Assembly: GCF_000143415.4 (NCBI RefSeq)
Contig: NW_003314283.1
Location: 1,936,258-2,000,257, forward strand
Length of the DNA stretch: 64,000 nt
Direction: 5' to 3'
Origin: Selaginella moellendorffii
Taxonomy: Eukaryota; Plantae; Lycopodiophyta
Below the pieces are notes generated by a model. It worked only from the letters and a program-made list of their open reading frames with translations, was not told where the DNA came from and made no database searches. The translations under genes and the position numbers were made by a program. Numbering within the stretch: the first letter of the stretch is position 1; each line of letters starts with the position of its first letter. Below, piece by piece: positions 47,801 to 61,150 of the stretch.

Positions 47801-50800
47801 AGGATTTAAACTTTCCAATATCGATCACTAGTTCTTCTGCTTGCAGAGTTAGCATAGTCCACGACTGAATCACTTTTCAAAGAAAAGCCAAAGCTCAACC
47901 CCTACTAAATAATCTCGTCTAGAACACAACTAACTCAAATTTGCCACTCAATTCATTTGAACGTCAACATAGTTGCTAACTAGCAAATGTGTGAATGCTA
48001 ATAATATAAAGCTACAGCTCAAGCATCAACACTAATTGCATTGAGACTAATGAAACTCATTATCAATCTTATGGAGAGACATCTCATCTCACTCAAATCT
48101 CAACATCATCAATGTCAACGACAAGGCATCACTTCAATGCCATCAACACCATAACAAAGCTAGAAGAAAGCAAGAGTGAATCACCACTCAAAACTCTCCA
48201 GCAACTATGCTAACCAAAGTTGAAGATACTTTACTCAGTATCCGAGACTAATCCTTCAGCAAAACTCAGTTACAGATAACACTTCATCACGGAGTGATTC
48301 ACCACATCCAAGACTCAATGAAATCCAACACCACAACTAAATGCAACCAAATGATATCAACAAAGGTAAAGTCAACATGTTAACATGGAAAACCCATGTA
48401 AGTTTAACGACACGATCCTCCGCAACACCATCCGATAAAGCAAGCCCATCACCGCTAAATTATCATCGAGTAAAACAAGTGTCAAAAACCCTTGACAAAA
48501 TCTACAAGCAATCTCTAGTTGCAAAGCAACCAACAATCACTTTTCAATTTGCCTTCACAAGACCCAAACACTAAACTCATGCCATCAAGTTATATACTTG
48601 TCTAATATCCCCAGGTGCGAGATGAAAGTTCATGGACAAGCACGAACTAAATAACTACTTGAATCCAACTTAACCACGATAAACTCACCAATGCATTTAG
48701 CCAATAGCTTTGAGCATGCCTTGAAGAGGTTAGCTACACATGATCAACACTAAGTTGAAACTTAAGTGAAGACCATGAGATGGACTCATGTCAGTACACA
48801 ACTTCCACTTAGACAAAGCTATAGTATGGGTACTAACATCTCAACAATAAACAACTAAGTTGGACATCACCATCCTCAGCCAAGGCATAGGGCCACCAAG
48901 ACTAAGTCAAGATTAGTGAGAGCTCACTACTCTCATAGAGTCTAATGAAATGCAAAGTACAACCTGCCACCAAGCATAATACTACAGAAGAAAGGCACAA
49001 GGGTCACCCTTCTTAGAAAAGTGCAACGGCCACTTTTCTACACTAACTCCAGACTCTATCCAACTCAATTGCCTTAGCCCCAAAAGTTAGCATCCCTTTC
49101 GGGTTGCATCATACAAATTACTTACTAAGGTCTAAGCCAACCAAAGTCAACTCTAACCCCTTCACTAGTTTGTACTGGCTTACGAAAATGGAATGGTTTT
49201 CAGACAAAGTGATAATAGATTAGCCATTGGAAAAGTCTAAGAAAATTTGTGGAAAATTTTTCCATTCTAGAGAAAGAATGACTCTCAATCTAGGAATGCA
49301 AATTTTCAAAACTCAACTAACTTCCTCCTACTTACAACTTCACATAGGTTCACCTCAACACAAATTCTCATGACCTATAGTATGCTTAAGCCTCGAACAT
49401 CTTTTTGCCCATATATTCGATATCCAACACTGATATCCGCAGAATGCAAAATGAACATCTAAAGCTTGATCACGAAAACCACATCTTCAGATATCCATAT
49501 TGCACTAACACTCTTTTTCAATCATTCTCAAGATCCAATGTGAAGCCAAAACACTAACAAGAAAAATGACATGGAAAATCAAGCTTTAAGGAAAATTCCT
49601 CATCACTCGAACAACAATGCCACTTCCACTAACACAAGTGCTAGCAATGTCAATGCTTTAACTTCACACCTTCTCTATCCAACAATCTACTCCAAGTATT
49701 AACGGATAAACTAACAAGTTATAGCAAGTGAATGCTATAACCCTTTCCAACACCTTATGGGCCAACTCTCAAAAGAACAACATACCAACTTAAGCTTAGC
49801 ATAATGGACCACTATCAAGAATTCAGTCAAAACTACTACAATGCTACTTCGTGCAAGTAGACTAGCCTCACCATCAACCACTTTGGGGTTGATCATCGTT
49901 TAACCAAGCAACTTCGTAAACACATTGCTCATTATCACATGGATATGATATGGAAATCACAATGTCTTGATCATCAATCAAGCAACACACAAGCAATGCC
50001 AATGTCATTACTTCAAAGGTGTAGGTGAGTATCAAGTGTCAACTCAATTCGACAAAATGCAACATAAATGCCACACTCCACCGATAGAGACTTACAACAC
50101 CCAACACCACTAACTTTTGTTCACAACACAGACAAACTCATGCCACTCTCTTTCCAACCAAACTCAAAACTAGTCCAACACCAAGCTACTCAAGGAGCAA
50201 TAGCAAAGTTCCCCGGAAAAGAATTAAGCATTGCAACCCAAGTCTTCAATAACAAGCCTAGACAAAATGGTTTAGCGCTTTACTGCTATCCACCCCATAA
50301 CTGATCATTTGTAAGACCATCATCTCCAAGATGCATCAAGATAGGGACTCTTGATTACATACCATGAACACAAGCAATGAGTTAATACCTCGTTGCAAAT
50401 CATCTCTCCAAGAAGAGAGAATGATTTACGTGTTTGATCCTTCGTCCCCGATGACTCTCTTTTCGGTCTAATCTTTGATTACACCTCAAGTTTGCTTTCA
50501 CACTGCCTTCAGTCCAATCCAAGAAAAGTTTATGAGAGAGCACAGCAACAATTACTTGAATCAATAGACTCATCCCTACAGTCTTGATTGATCCACTTGT
50601 AATCATGCCTAGGAAGGATCCACTAGTGCCGTGCTAAATAGCTATGGACCAGCTTATTTACCACTCATAGCAAACCCAGGGAAAGTTTACTTTCACCCAT
50701 GGTACATGGAAAAACTCATAGAACTACTGGAACAACTCATGGAACCACCGATAGGCTAACATTAATCCTGCCAACTCAAAGCATATCCTTGAGTTGCTAA

Positions 50801-52183
50801 TGCACTCACGAGCCTAAGCGCAAACTCGTGCAAATTGGAACAACTTAATCCCTCTTGTGAGCTCAAGCTCAAGCTCACATCATAAGGTACAAGAAGGTAA
50901 CAAAAACCATACCCAAGGAACAATTGCAAAGCCTTTACACCTAAGTGTGTACCCACTCGAATCATCGTTTTCATCTCTGCGTATGCAACAAGATTAGTTG
51001 CCCAATCTCATTGTATAGTACTCGCTGAGACTCATTCTCTGATACCAAATGTAGCGCACGTGGTTTTGACCCTTTATCCTATGGTGATTTACCATAGGAT
51101 AACACCACGAAGCGGAACCTAAACCCTCTTTATGCCACGTGACACATGCTACGTGTCACATGCCATGTGTCCATGCCACGTGTCCACAGGACAGTGGTGT
51201 GGAACCTGTGGTTCAGGGCCTTGGGCCACTGAACGAAGGAACGGTGCCAAACTCCCAAGCATGGAGCCAAGGAGTGACGGAACCGAACCACGAAGCAACT
51301 CCTGAGCATACAACCCAAGGAGCGAAGGAACAGGAGCCCAGAGCGACTTGGAATAGTCCTAGAGCAACCAACATCCCAATGCCAAGACTAACACGCAAAA
51401 CGGAGCCAAATGGAGTCTGGTGCTATTTCGGCATACCGGTGGCCTAATGCGAGAGCATGGGTACTCCACCAGCTAGCATGGAATGGAACTTGGGCTTAGA
51501 CCCAAGCCGGACGTAGAACAAGGACAGGCACGCAAGCGGAAGCTAGACTATGCCTCAGGTTGGTCGGCCATGCCCGACCTACCCACTATCCCTACTATAC
51601 ATTTAGAACCCCCCACGGCCCTCCCCCCCCCCCCCCTTGAGGAACACACGCTTTGGGCTTTCACCCCAAGCCTCCCTTAGTATCAGGAGTTAGTCTCTGC
51701 GACAAACTCAAAACTTACTAAATATGGAATGTCCTTAGATTGCGAATTTGGACATGGGACGAACACCGTTGTGTTCAAGACAATCTCTACATTCCGTAGA
51801 TATGCCAAATGTGCAAATCTAGACACTTTCCATAAATAGCATTTGGGACCGAATTGAGACTAACACAAAGGGCATGATAGCGAGGGTGTTTGGCAAACAC
51901 GGTAGCGATATTGAGGGACTAATCTCAATACGCAAGGGTTCTTGTCAAGCCAGTGCAAGACAGAGCAAAAGAGAACTAAAAAGCCGGGCCAAGTATGCTT
52001 GGCTGAATAGACACTTAGGAATTCTGTCCTTATGCTCATCCGGCCAAGTACAGATGCAAAGTTCAGTTTACTAACACTTGAACAAGAGGGACTGATAAAG
52101 GGTCCAGCAATACCGACCTCCTGCCATCGTGGCAGTAAGGTAAGAGTGTTTGTCAGGTAACTTTCGATACTCGATTCGTGACA
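44898..52183 (-). mobile_element. Intact non-autonomous LTR retrotransposon (family C), TSD ACTTG
   Basis: LTRs 51050-52183 (5') and 44898-46048 (3'); Met PBS TGGTATCAGAG (complement 51037-51047); PPT AGGGGGGGAGAG (complement from 46049); ACTTG at 44893-44897 and 52184-52188; no long ORF. Confidence 0.95.
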
Positions 52184-52699
52184 ACTTGGAAATATAGATT
52201 AAATCAAAATTGGAAAGATGAAAAAATGTTGGTTCAAGATGAGCCAATGTTTTTCTTGTGTTTGAGAAGTTGTAAGCTCAACTCATAAGTTCAAAATCTA
52301 CCTAAGCTAGATCCTAGGAGGAGATGAGAGTAGTGACTTGAAGGGGAGTTTACAAGCCACTCACTATGATACTAAATTTGGTGCAAACAGAGAGTCACTT
52401 GCAATTGATATCAAGGGATCTTTGACTGACTAAGCGATCACCTTCTTCTTTCCTTTTGCTCGGGTGGTTGTAGTTTGTTGCTGTTGTCTATAAATGTCCT
52501 TGGCAACCAATATAAGGCTTTGACCATATGGTCAACATTGGTCAAAGGGAGGCTGAAAGGTATATTAAGGCATATTAGGACTTAACCTACCCTAGGGCTC
52601 ATAGTGGAACGACAGCATAGTGGAGCTTTGGAGGTAGCTCGGGGGTGGTTGGGTGGTGAGGAACCTCAAGAGGTGGCATAGCATGGTCTAGGGAGACTA

Positions 52700-53425
52700 G
52701 ACCTCAATTTTTATTGGAGGAATATGAAAACTAATATTCTCAAGTATTGTAAATCATGCGAGCTTTGTCAACGGGTTAAGGTGCCATGGGAGAAGTGGGG
52801 GGCATTTTTGCAACTTTTACCTATTCCTTAGGGCTGTTAGTGTAGTATCTCTATGGATTTCATCACTTGTTTGCTACTAACACAGAGGGAAAAAGAGCAA
52901 GGATGGGTCATAGTGGATTGGTTGACGAAGTATATGCCGTTGTTGGCTCTTTAGAAGACTATCACTGCTTCAGACTTGGCTGCGGTTTATTTGAAGAAGG
53001 TTTTTTCTTGATTTTGGTTTCCCGAAGGACATTATTAGTGATTGAGTTTCAAAGTTCACCAGTGGATTTTGGAAGAGCTTTACAAAGGCTATGCAAGTGA
53101 CTTTGAAACTCTCGAGTGGAAATCATCCTTAAACGGATGGGCAAACTGAATGTGTGAATCAGGTGGTGGAGGATATATTACATTGTAGCATTGGTCAAAG
53201 GCCAGGATAGTGAGTTCTTTATCTTCCATTGGTGCAATTTGCTTACAATAATAGCCAATACAGTGGAACCAAGCTAAGTCCTTACTTTTCCATGTTTGGA
53301 AGGCATCCCCAAACAGTGGTGGAGTTGGGATTGGATTTGAGTAAGGAAATTCAAGATAAGCTTGATTCTGAGGTGACTAATTTGGCCACAGAACTTGATG
53401 AGATTCTGGTGGTGTGTAAATGGAA
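52700..53425 (+). pseudogene. Family-D integrase fragment (mirror copy)
   Basis: CKSCELCQRVK at ~52748 and VQFAYNNS at 53229. Confidence 0.8.
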
Positions 53426-53532
53426 TTGGGGAAGGAGGGGTGCTTCCCCCAAGGCTCGCTTAAACACGAGAAATGCTTCAACGCCCTTTGCAAAATGCCC
53501 CCCCTTGCCCTTGTGGGGCAAGGGTTTTATAC
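53426..53532 (+). repeat. Terminal fragment of the family-A LTR marking the outer end of the palindrome
   Basis: Reverse complement of ~10755-10862. Confidence 0.85.
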
Positions 53533-56500
53533 GTTGTATTCTCATCACATGGACAAATGGTCTTAAAGGGCAAAAGGTTGCCCCAAGAGAACAAATCAAG
53601 TGTTGGAGTAACACTTGTAAAGATGGTCCTTGTGAGTAGGACTTGAATACAAGAAGTTGTATTCCATGTGTTGGCACGTCAAAGGTGGGACCTCATGGAT
53701 CGTCAGATGACAAAGTCCAAAAAGCTAGAGGACTCAAATAGAGTCAAGGAATAATCCTGAAGGATTGATGAAAGCATTTGGACTGAGGTGTGTTGTGCCC
53801 TACTAATGATGGGGGGGGGGGATTATAGAATCCAAGGATGAGAACAGAGGGTATCTCATCGATGGCAAAATGTGCCATGCTACAGTGTTGGGAAAAGTGT
53901 TCCTAGAATAAGCAACTTTGGTGCAGAGTTCTGTGCGAACATTATAATGTAATGCTAATGGATAGTTGGCATGAGAAACCACTGGGTTGGTCTTGGCAAA
54001 GACCTAGACACAAGTGCAAAGTGTCATAAAGGCAGACACATGGAGCTGATGGTGTGGAGACACCAAATGGGCCAAGGTGTGATGCCTTGAGATTATGTTG
54101 ATGGGTTCATGAGAACCCCTTGCCAAGGGAATCTCAATGGAAATGGGAATGGTATAGGCTATGTTGGAAGGCATGTGGTTGGAGTGTGGTAACCCAGATA
54201 ATAATGAAGGTGTGGAAGCACCAAGCAATGAGTTGTAGGGCTTGACAATTATAGGGCAACTAAGCAAAAGGTGCAAAGATAATTAGTTAAACGGGTAGAA
54301 AGTAGCTAATGGCATAAGGAAGTTAAATATACTCTTACACGGGCTAAATTGCTTATGTTGCGATATAGTGAGTTAATGTCGTAAAAGGAAATGCTCATTG
54401 TCAAGGAGACCATCATTGGGACACCCAAACACTCTGGAACACCAAAAGGTGGTGTTTAGTGTCGCGAGGGCAATAGATAAGGCCCAAGGGACTAAGTCCC
54501 TAGCGAATGATGGATAGAAGGTGCTATCCAAATGTCCAAGGTTGCGGAGACGGGAGAAGACTGTCTACCCGAATTGGACAAAGCTAAAAATGGAATTTTG
54601 GCAAGGCTAGTGAAAGCCTATGAGCAGCAACATTAACCCCATTGTGTGGGATTATAAGGTGAGCATACCTGGATTGAGGAACCACTCCCTAGGCTATCGG
54701 GTAAATTCGTTCCTAAAAATACTTGCTAAGGCATGATAGAAAGTGCAAAGCTATCCTCCTAGTCTGGAGGAGAATGACAGAAAGAAAGGTGTGAAGCCAA
54801 AGGCAAATAGTAAGGGGATAGAACCGAACCATAGGAATCGAAGGGCATGACCAAGGCTGGTTATGCCAGTTGGGAGTGGGGAATCAAGTGGGGGCTCGAG
54901 GGTGTTGTTGCTGGCAAACCATGATGCCATGGAGAGTCTAAAATATGGAATTGTCCATGTTAGACTATAGGGCAACTAGAAAGCTTGCAAAAAGGGAGGC
55001 CTTAGCAAGCTAAGGGACAGAGTTCCTTCAAGGTTCCCAAAACCCTCTCTTTGAACACTCGGGAACTACTTCCCTAACTTTGATAGCCTTGCCCCATGGC
55101 AAGCTTCAAGATCACGCTTCTGCTGTGCCACTCTAGTTTCATGCGTTCCATGAACCATTTACCCTTGGCCTTTCTAGGTACTAAACTACCTAGAATCGTC
55201 TTTGAACGAAAGTTGATGGTCAAGGACTTTCACGTTTATGCAGGAACCATGTTACGGTGGTCGGAGGACTTACCAAGTGAGATTGGCAAGTCGGGGGAAC
55301 AAATACCTTAGTTGAAGGTGATAATTTCAAAAGGGTGGGCCATAGGGCCAAGCATGGAGGAGTCCATGCATGATCACAGACTAGTCAAGTGAAAGGACTT
55401 GGTAGTGCAGAGGAACTAGGTTCCTAAGCTGTGATTTGTAGCGCGCTTTATAAATTGGTGCACCGGCGTGGGGAGTCACGCCAGGCATCCAGTGTGATGC
55501 CGTCTGTAGATGCATATACGGAGGTTGGGTTCGAGTCCCAACCCTCTAGTGCTTGGGTTCGAGTCCCAAATCACTAGGGCGTGGTGATGGTTTGGAATAT
55601 GAGGACACTCATTTTTCGGTGGTCATGTACTCTCAGTGCAGAGACTGGCTTGGGCACACTACCAAGTGGGGGATGCCCCGGAGTCGTGATACATGGTTAG
55701 ATTGCTTAGTGTGGCTCGGCATATCTAATTTGAACACTTTAGTGCGAGTGGCACCAAGGACGTGGTGAATGAGATGGGGACACCCAGTCTTGGTTGCTAT
55801 GGACCCTTGGCCGGAAGGGCTAGCTTGGGCACACCACCAAGTGTGGGGGATGCCCCCAGGGTCGTGGTCAACAAGTTAAAGGTCTGGAAGACCTAGTACC
55901 TATTGGCAAACCTGTTAAGGTGTCAAGATTAGATTGCTAAGTGATCGCATGGCTAAACAAGGATGAGGTCCTTGTGAGGTTAAGGAACAAGGTTCCTAGT
56001 TCAAAGCGTTGATTTGAACTATTGATAATGGTGTGGCTTGGTCAAGGTGATCAAGTGGGAAGGACACCTAAGGGAAATGAACTACGACAATACAATGGTA
56101 TTGTGAGTTCAAAGTAGTTTCTGGGAGAGACCTTTGGGAGGGTCACAAAGTTGGGCCAAGGAAGGGGCGCATAGCAGAAAATGCTAAAAAGACCTACTAG
56201 GGGTGAGCACCCTCTGGACTTGGCAAAGTGGAGCTTTTCCATGGAACCAAAAGGATACCTCAAGGAGGGAGGTAGTGATCCTGTGTTGCTTGATGCAACA
56301 ATCAACGGATAAGAGCAAAAGACTAGTGGCCAAGTTTGGGCCATGGAATTTAATGGGAGGAATCCAAATGGCAAAGTTAGCCAAGGAACACTAATGTGTT
56401 TGATGCTAACGGATTGCGGGAAAGGAAGTGGATTTCCAAGGATAGATTCCCAAGTGCTCCAATTTGGCAAAGTAAAAGCTCCAAGTGGGGAGTAGCAAAG

Positions 56501-58032
56501 TAGCCAAAGGATAAGGCCGTGGACAGCCGTGGACAGCTCTGGCACAAATGATAAAAATTGAAACGTAGTGCCAAGGGTGGCACAAAATAGAAAAGAGGAT
56601 GATGGTGCCCTTAAGTAGAGAACTTCCTAGGATAGGGAAGTGGACTTGCACAATATGTGCAATACAAGGTGTCGGAGACACTTAGAAAATTGACTTCAAG
56701 AAGTAAAAAATAAACGTTCCAAAGTGCAAAGGTTATGTCGATGGAATCCGAGACTACTCGGGAATGAGTAGTGGAATTGAGTTAGAGAAGGTGTCTCTAA
56801 CGGGTTTAGCGAGAACTGAGCCAATAAAAGGGAGCAAACCACCCTAGGTGGCCGAATGAGTCTATACATTGGAGAGACTATGCTCCTTAGAGAATGGACA
56901 AGGCATGGTGAGCCTTCGGTGTCAAACCATAGACAAACATTGGCTGGATGCCAAGGATGGAAATGGTAATACATGTGGGTGTTACTTTATAAAAGGGTTT
57001 ATCGTTCGATGAGGACATCAAACTTCGTCTATGGGTGGTGGAGTTGTGAGACACAAAATCCCTATGCCCCAAAGTGGAGCCAGAAAGGGTGCCACGTAGT
57101 AATGGCCGAAGCAAAAGCCAAACGAGCATAACACATTTGGACTAAAAGCTCCAATTTGGAAGGTCAAAAGTGGGAGTGGAACTCCCAACAAAGAGCTCGA
57201 GGAACGAGCACGAGGCATCCAATAAGTAAGGCTCCAAAAAGGACCAACACATGACACGTGGAGGAGTCTAAGATGGACCCGAGTTGGAATCCGAGATGGA
57301 CCTAAAGTGGAGTTCGAGATGGAGTCCGAGATGGAGTCTGAGATGGATCCAAGATGGAGTTCGAGATGGACCTGAGTTGGAGTCCGAGATGGAGTCCGAG
57401 ATGGACCCGAGTTGGAGTCCGAGATGGACCCGAAGTGGAGTCCAAGATGGAGTCCGAGATGGACTCGAGTTGGAGTCTAAGGTGGACCCGAAGTGGAGTC
57501 CAAGATGGAGTCCGAGATAGACCCGAGATGGAGTCCGAGATGGACCCGAGTTGGAGTCCGAGATGGACCCGAGATGGAGTCCGAGATGGACCCGAGATGG
57601 AGTCCGAGATGGACCCAAAGTGGAGTCTGAGATGGAGTCCGAGATGGACCCGAGATGGAGTCCAAGATGGAACCGAGACCGAGACCGAGACCGAGACTGA
57701 GTCCGAGTCCGAAACTGGGACTAAGACTGAGTCTGAGTCTGAGTTCGAGTCCGAGTCCGAGTCTGAATACTAATACAGGCAGTTGGGTGAAAGCCCAAAG
57801 CGATCGTCCCTCAGGGGGGGGGGGGGGGGGGCTCCGGGGGGTTCCAAAAGTATAGTAGGGAGAGTGTGGGGGTTGGAGCCCAGTGGAGCCAGTTTGGCTA
57901 GGAAAGGCTAGTTTAGCCCAGGAAAGGCCAGTTTGGCCTAGGAAGGCTATACCCAGTGTTGGGTGATGAACTGACCACTGGGAAGTCCAAGACTAGAGTG
58001 AATATGGACTGACAAGCGGGGTAGCTTGGTGT
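53533..58032 (+). mobile_element. Family-B copy truncated at both ends (internal region, PPT, partial 3' LTR from 57045)
   Basis: Collinear with ~25190-29815; PPT ATGGGTGGTGGAGT then TGTGAGACAC. Confidence 0.9.
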
Positions 58033-58855
58033 TCACACGCTTGGTTTGCCCATCCGTCTGAGGATGATCTCCACTCAAAAGTTTCAAAGTCACTTTCATA
58101 TCTTTTGCAAAGATTTTCCAAAATCCATTGGTGAACTTTGAATCTCGATCACTAATGATGTCCTCCGGCAAACCAAAATCAGGAAAAACCTTCTCTAAGT
58201 AAACTGCAGCCAAGTTTGAGGCAGTGACATTCTTCCGAAGAGCCAACAACCGCACATACTTCGTCAACCAATCCACTATGACCCATACTTGCTCCTTTTG
58301 CCTCTGTGTTCGTGGCAAATAAGTGATGAAGTCCATAAAGATACTAAACCAATGGCTCTGAGGAATAGGTAAAGGTTGCAAAAGTCCCCTCGGCTTCTCC
58401 CGTGGCACCTTAACCCGCTGACAAAGCTCGCAAGATTTACAATACCTGAGGATATCAGCCTTCATATTCCTCCAATAAAAGTTGCGCTTAATCAACTCAT
58501 ACGTCTTCTTCCCCCCAAAATAACCGGCCTTTGGACGATTATGATAGTGGAATAAAACTTGAGTAATTAACGCATCCACCCGTGGCAAATATACATGGCC
58601 ATTATAGTAGAGAATCCCATCCACCAATGAGAAAGGGTCTTCCATTTGGTCTCGCAAAGAGGCCACCTCAGCATCCTGAGCCTGAGCATGCTCAACCAAT
58701 TGCCCAAACTCACTGACTACCTTACTCAAATGATGACAAAATTGTGTTTGTAATGTCATCACATGATGAACACGAGATAAAGCATCTGCCACCACATTTG
58801 ATTTTCCCGGATGATGCTTAATAGGAAACTCCCCAAACTCCATGAGTTTGACCAT
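58033..58855 (-). pseudogene. Integrase, family D
   Basis: GKSNVVADALSR, YH...CKSCELCQ, MDFITYLP, IISDRDSKF and HPQTDGQT; truncated by a B LTR. Confidence 0.9.
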
Positions 58856-58859
58856 CCAT

Positions 58860-60070
58860 GAGCTTGCCGATGTTCAACTCTTTCTATGTGAAAAGATACA
58901 CAACTGGTTTATGATCTGTCAATACCATGAACACTGCACCATAAGATAGTGTTGCCACGTCTACAAAGCATGAACAATAGAGAGTAACTCTTGCTCATAT
59001 GTGGAATAGTGTTGCTCCGCAGAATTCAAGGTTCGACTCTCATATGCAACAGGCTGTCCCTCTTGCATGAGAACTCCTCCCAGTGCATAACCACTCACAT
59101 CGCATGTCACCTTGTAAGGTTTTGATGGATTAACAATGCAAAGCACTGGAGTCTCGCTCAACAATCATTTCAGCACCACAAAACTCTCCTCTTGTGGCTT
59201 CTTCCACTCGAATGGCACATTCTTGCGTAAGAACTGCGTTAAAGGAATAGCCACCTCTACAAACTTATGTTGGAAACGTCAGTAGTAACTAGCCATACCA
59301 AGAAAACTGTGCAACTCAGCCACTGTAGTCGGTGTAGGCTAGTTTTCCACCACAGCCACCTTCCTTGCATCCGTCTTGACACCCTTAGATGTCACAATAT
59401 GGCCGAGATATTCCACCTCTGACTTTGCAAATTCACATTTGCTCTTCTTCGCATAAAGTTTGTTATCTCGAAGTAACAAAAGAAACTTGCGCAAATGCAC
59501 CTTATGCTCCTCCATATTCTTGCTAAAAACAAGATTATCGTCCAACAAAATCTCCACAAACTCATGAAGATAAAGCCCAAATACCGCCGTCATCAACCAA
59601 GTAAATGTGGCTGATGCATTCATCAAACCAAACGGCATAACTGTAAACTCAAAATGTCCGAAGCTTGTATCGAATGCCATCTTAGAGATAGATGCATCAT
59701 CCATTGGAATCTGATGATATCCACTCCTCAGATCAATCTTGGTAAACACTCGTGCTTCACCAAGCTTGTCCAGGATATCATCCACACATGGCATCGGCAT
59801 CTTGTCCTTCATTGTCTTCTTGTTTAAAGTGTGGTAGTCAATACACATCCATATTGAACCGTCTTTCTTCACAAGCAAGACTAGAGCACCAAACGGAGAC
59901 TTACTTAGCTGAATAAATCCAAACTCAAGTAACTCCTTGACTTGTCGTTGAACTTCTTGCTCCTCTGCATAACTTAACCGAAATGGATGCCGGTAAATTG
60001 GCCACGTCCCCGGCTCCAATGTAATCCCATGCTCCACACCTCGTAATGGAGGCAACCTATGAGGAAGTTC
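58860..60070 (-). pseudogene. RT and RNase H, family D
   Basis: KIDLRSGYHQI, FGHFEFTVMPFGL, LLDD (mutated YxDD), TCDVSGYALGGVL, YSTYEQELL. Confidence 0.9.
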
Positions 60071-60649
60071 CTATGGAAAAACATCAGAAAACTCATCTAG
60101 TACATCCCGTACTGCTGCTTCTCCCCCATACGTGCCTTGGTCCCCCAAGTCATGAACAAACAGCAAGTAATTCGAAAGTGCTTTTCCATTACGACAAGCC
60201 CGCTTCAAAGATGTAGCAGAGAGCATAACAACTGGTGGTTGAACGCCCTTGCCAAACCACACATCTTTAACGCTATTATACTCTAGCGAGATACGCTTAA
60301 TACTCCACTTTATCTCGGGATCCACCTTCACCAACCATGGCATCCCAAGAATGAGATCCACACGATGGATATCCGCGAGATAAAAGGTCTCCACAAGTGT
60401 GGTTTTGCCAACCAACACTTCCAACCCCTCGCCATAAGCATCGAAATGTTGAGTAGAGGTAATTGCACCTTCCACTGTGTGTGGAAGAACTCCGCGTGTG
60501 ACTAGGCCATGCTTCGCAAGAAACTTTGCCGAAACAAAGTTGTCATCGCTCCCACTATCCAGTAAAATCCGCACTGGATCGCCACGGAACACGCCCTCCA
60601 GCATTAAAGCTGATTCACGCATATCCTTAAGCTCCATCTTGTTCCACAC
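60071..60649 (-). pseudogene. Aspartic protease, family D
   Basis: ILLDSGSDDNFVS and DLILGMPWL. Confidence 0.9.
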
Positions 60650-60679
60650 AAAGTTGAGCTGACGAGCAACGATCGAAAG

Positions 60680-61150
60680 TCACTTCCTCCGACCGGAATG
60701 GTCGTTCTCCTCATCCTCACGTTGCAAAGTTTGCAACTTTTTAGTATCTGACTTACCGTGAGAAGAAGATTGGCCATTCTTCTTGTCTTGCTGCTTGTTC
60801 TTCAACTGTGGACAATCAGCCTTATAGTGTCCAAGTTCACCACAATGATAACAACCCTGTCTATAATTCTTCACAAAGAACTTCTGCTTCTTGGACCCCT
60901 TTGCATCTGAAGTAGTGCTACCCCGTCCAGCCTCGAGTGCCTCAATATGCCCATGCATGGTATCCATCATGCCATGCATCTCGTCTTGCATCTCTTGTTG
61001 ATTTTGATTAAGATCTCGCAGTTCATGAACCACATCTTGAATGGTCCAAATCTCCGCAGCTTCGTCGGCACCATCATCGGCACCACCATCGACAATAGGA
61101 TTCCAGTGTTCAACTTGGTCGGCCATCGGAACCAACTCCTCTAATACCAA
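60680..61150 (-). pseudogene. gag: Short gag with CCHC zinc knuckle, family D
   Basis: CYHCGELGHYKADC; capsid region apparently missing. Confidence 0.8.

Larger units (their letters stand above)
32913..53532. repeat. Right arm of large inverted duplication (with internal duplication and full-length C element)
   Basis: 32913-38522 mirrors 21208-15600; 40937-44897 mirrors 17120-13160; 52184-53532 mirrors 12041-10755. Confidence 0.95.
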
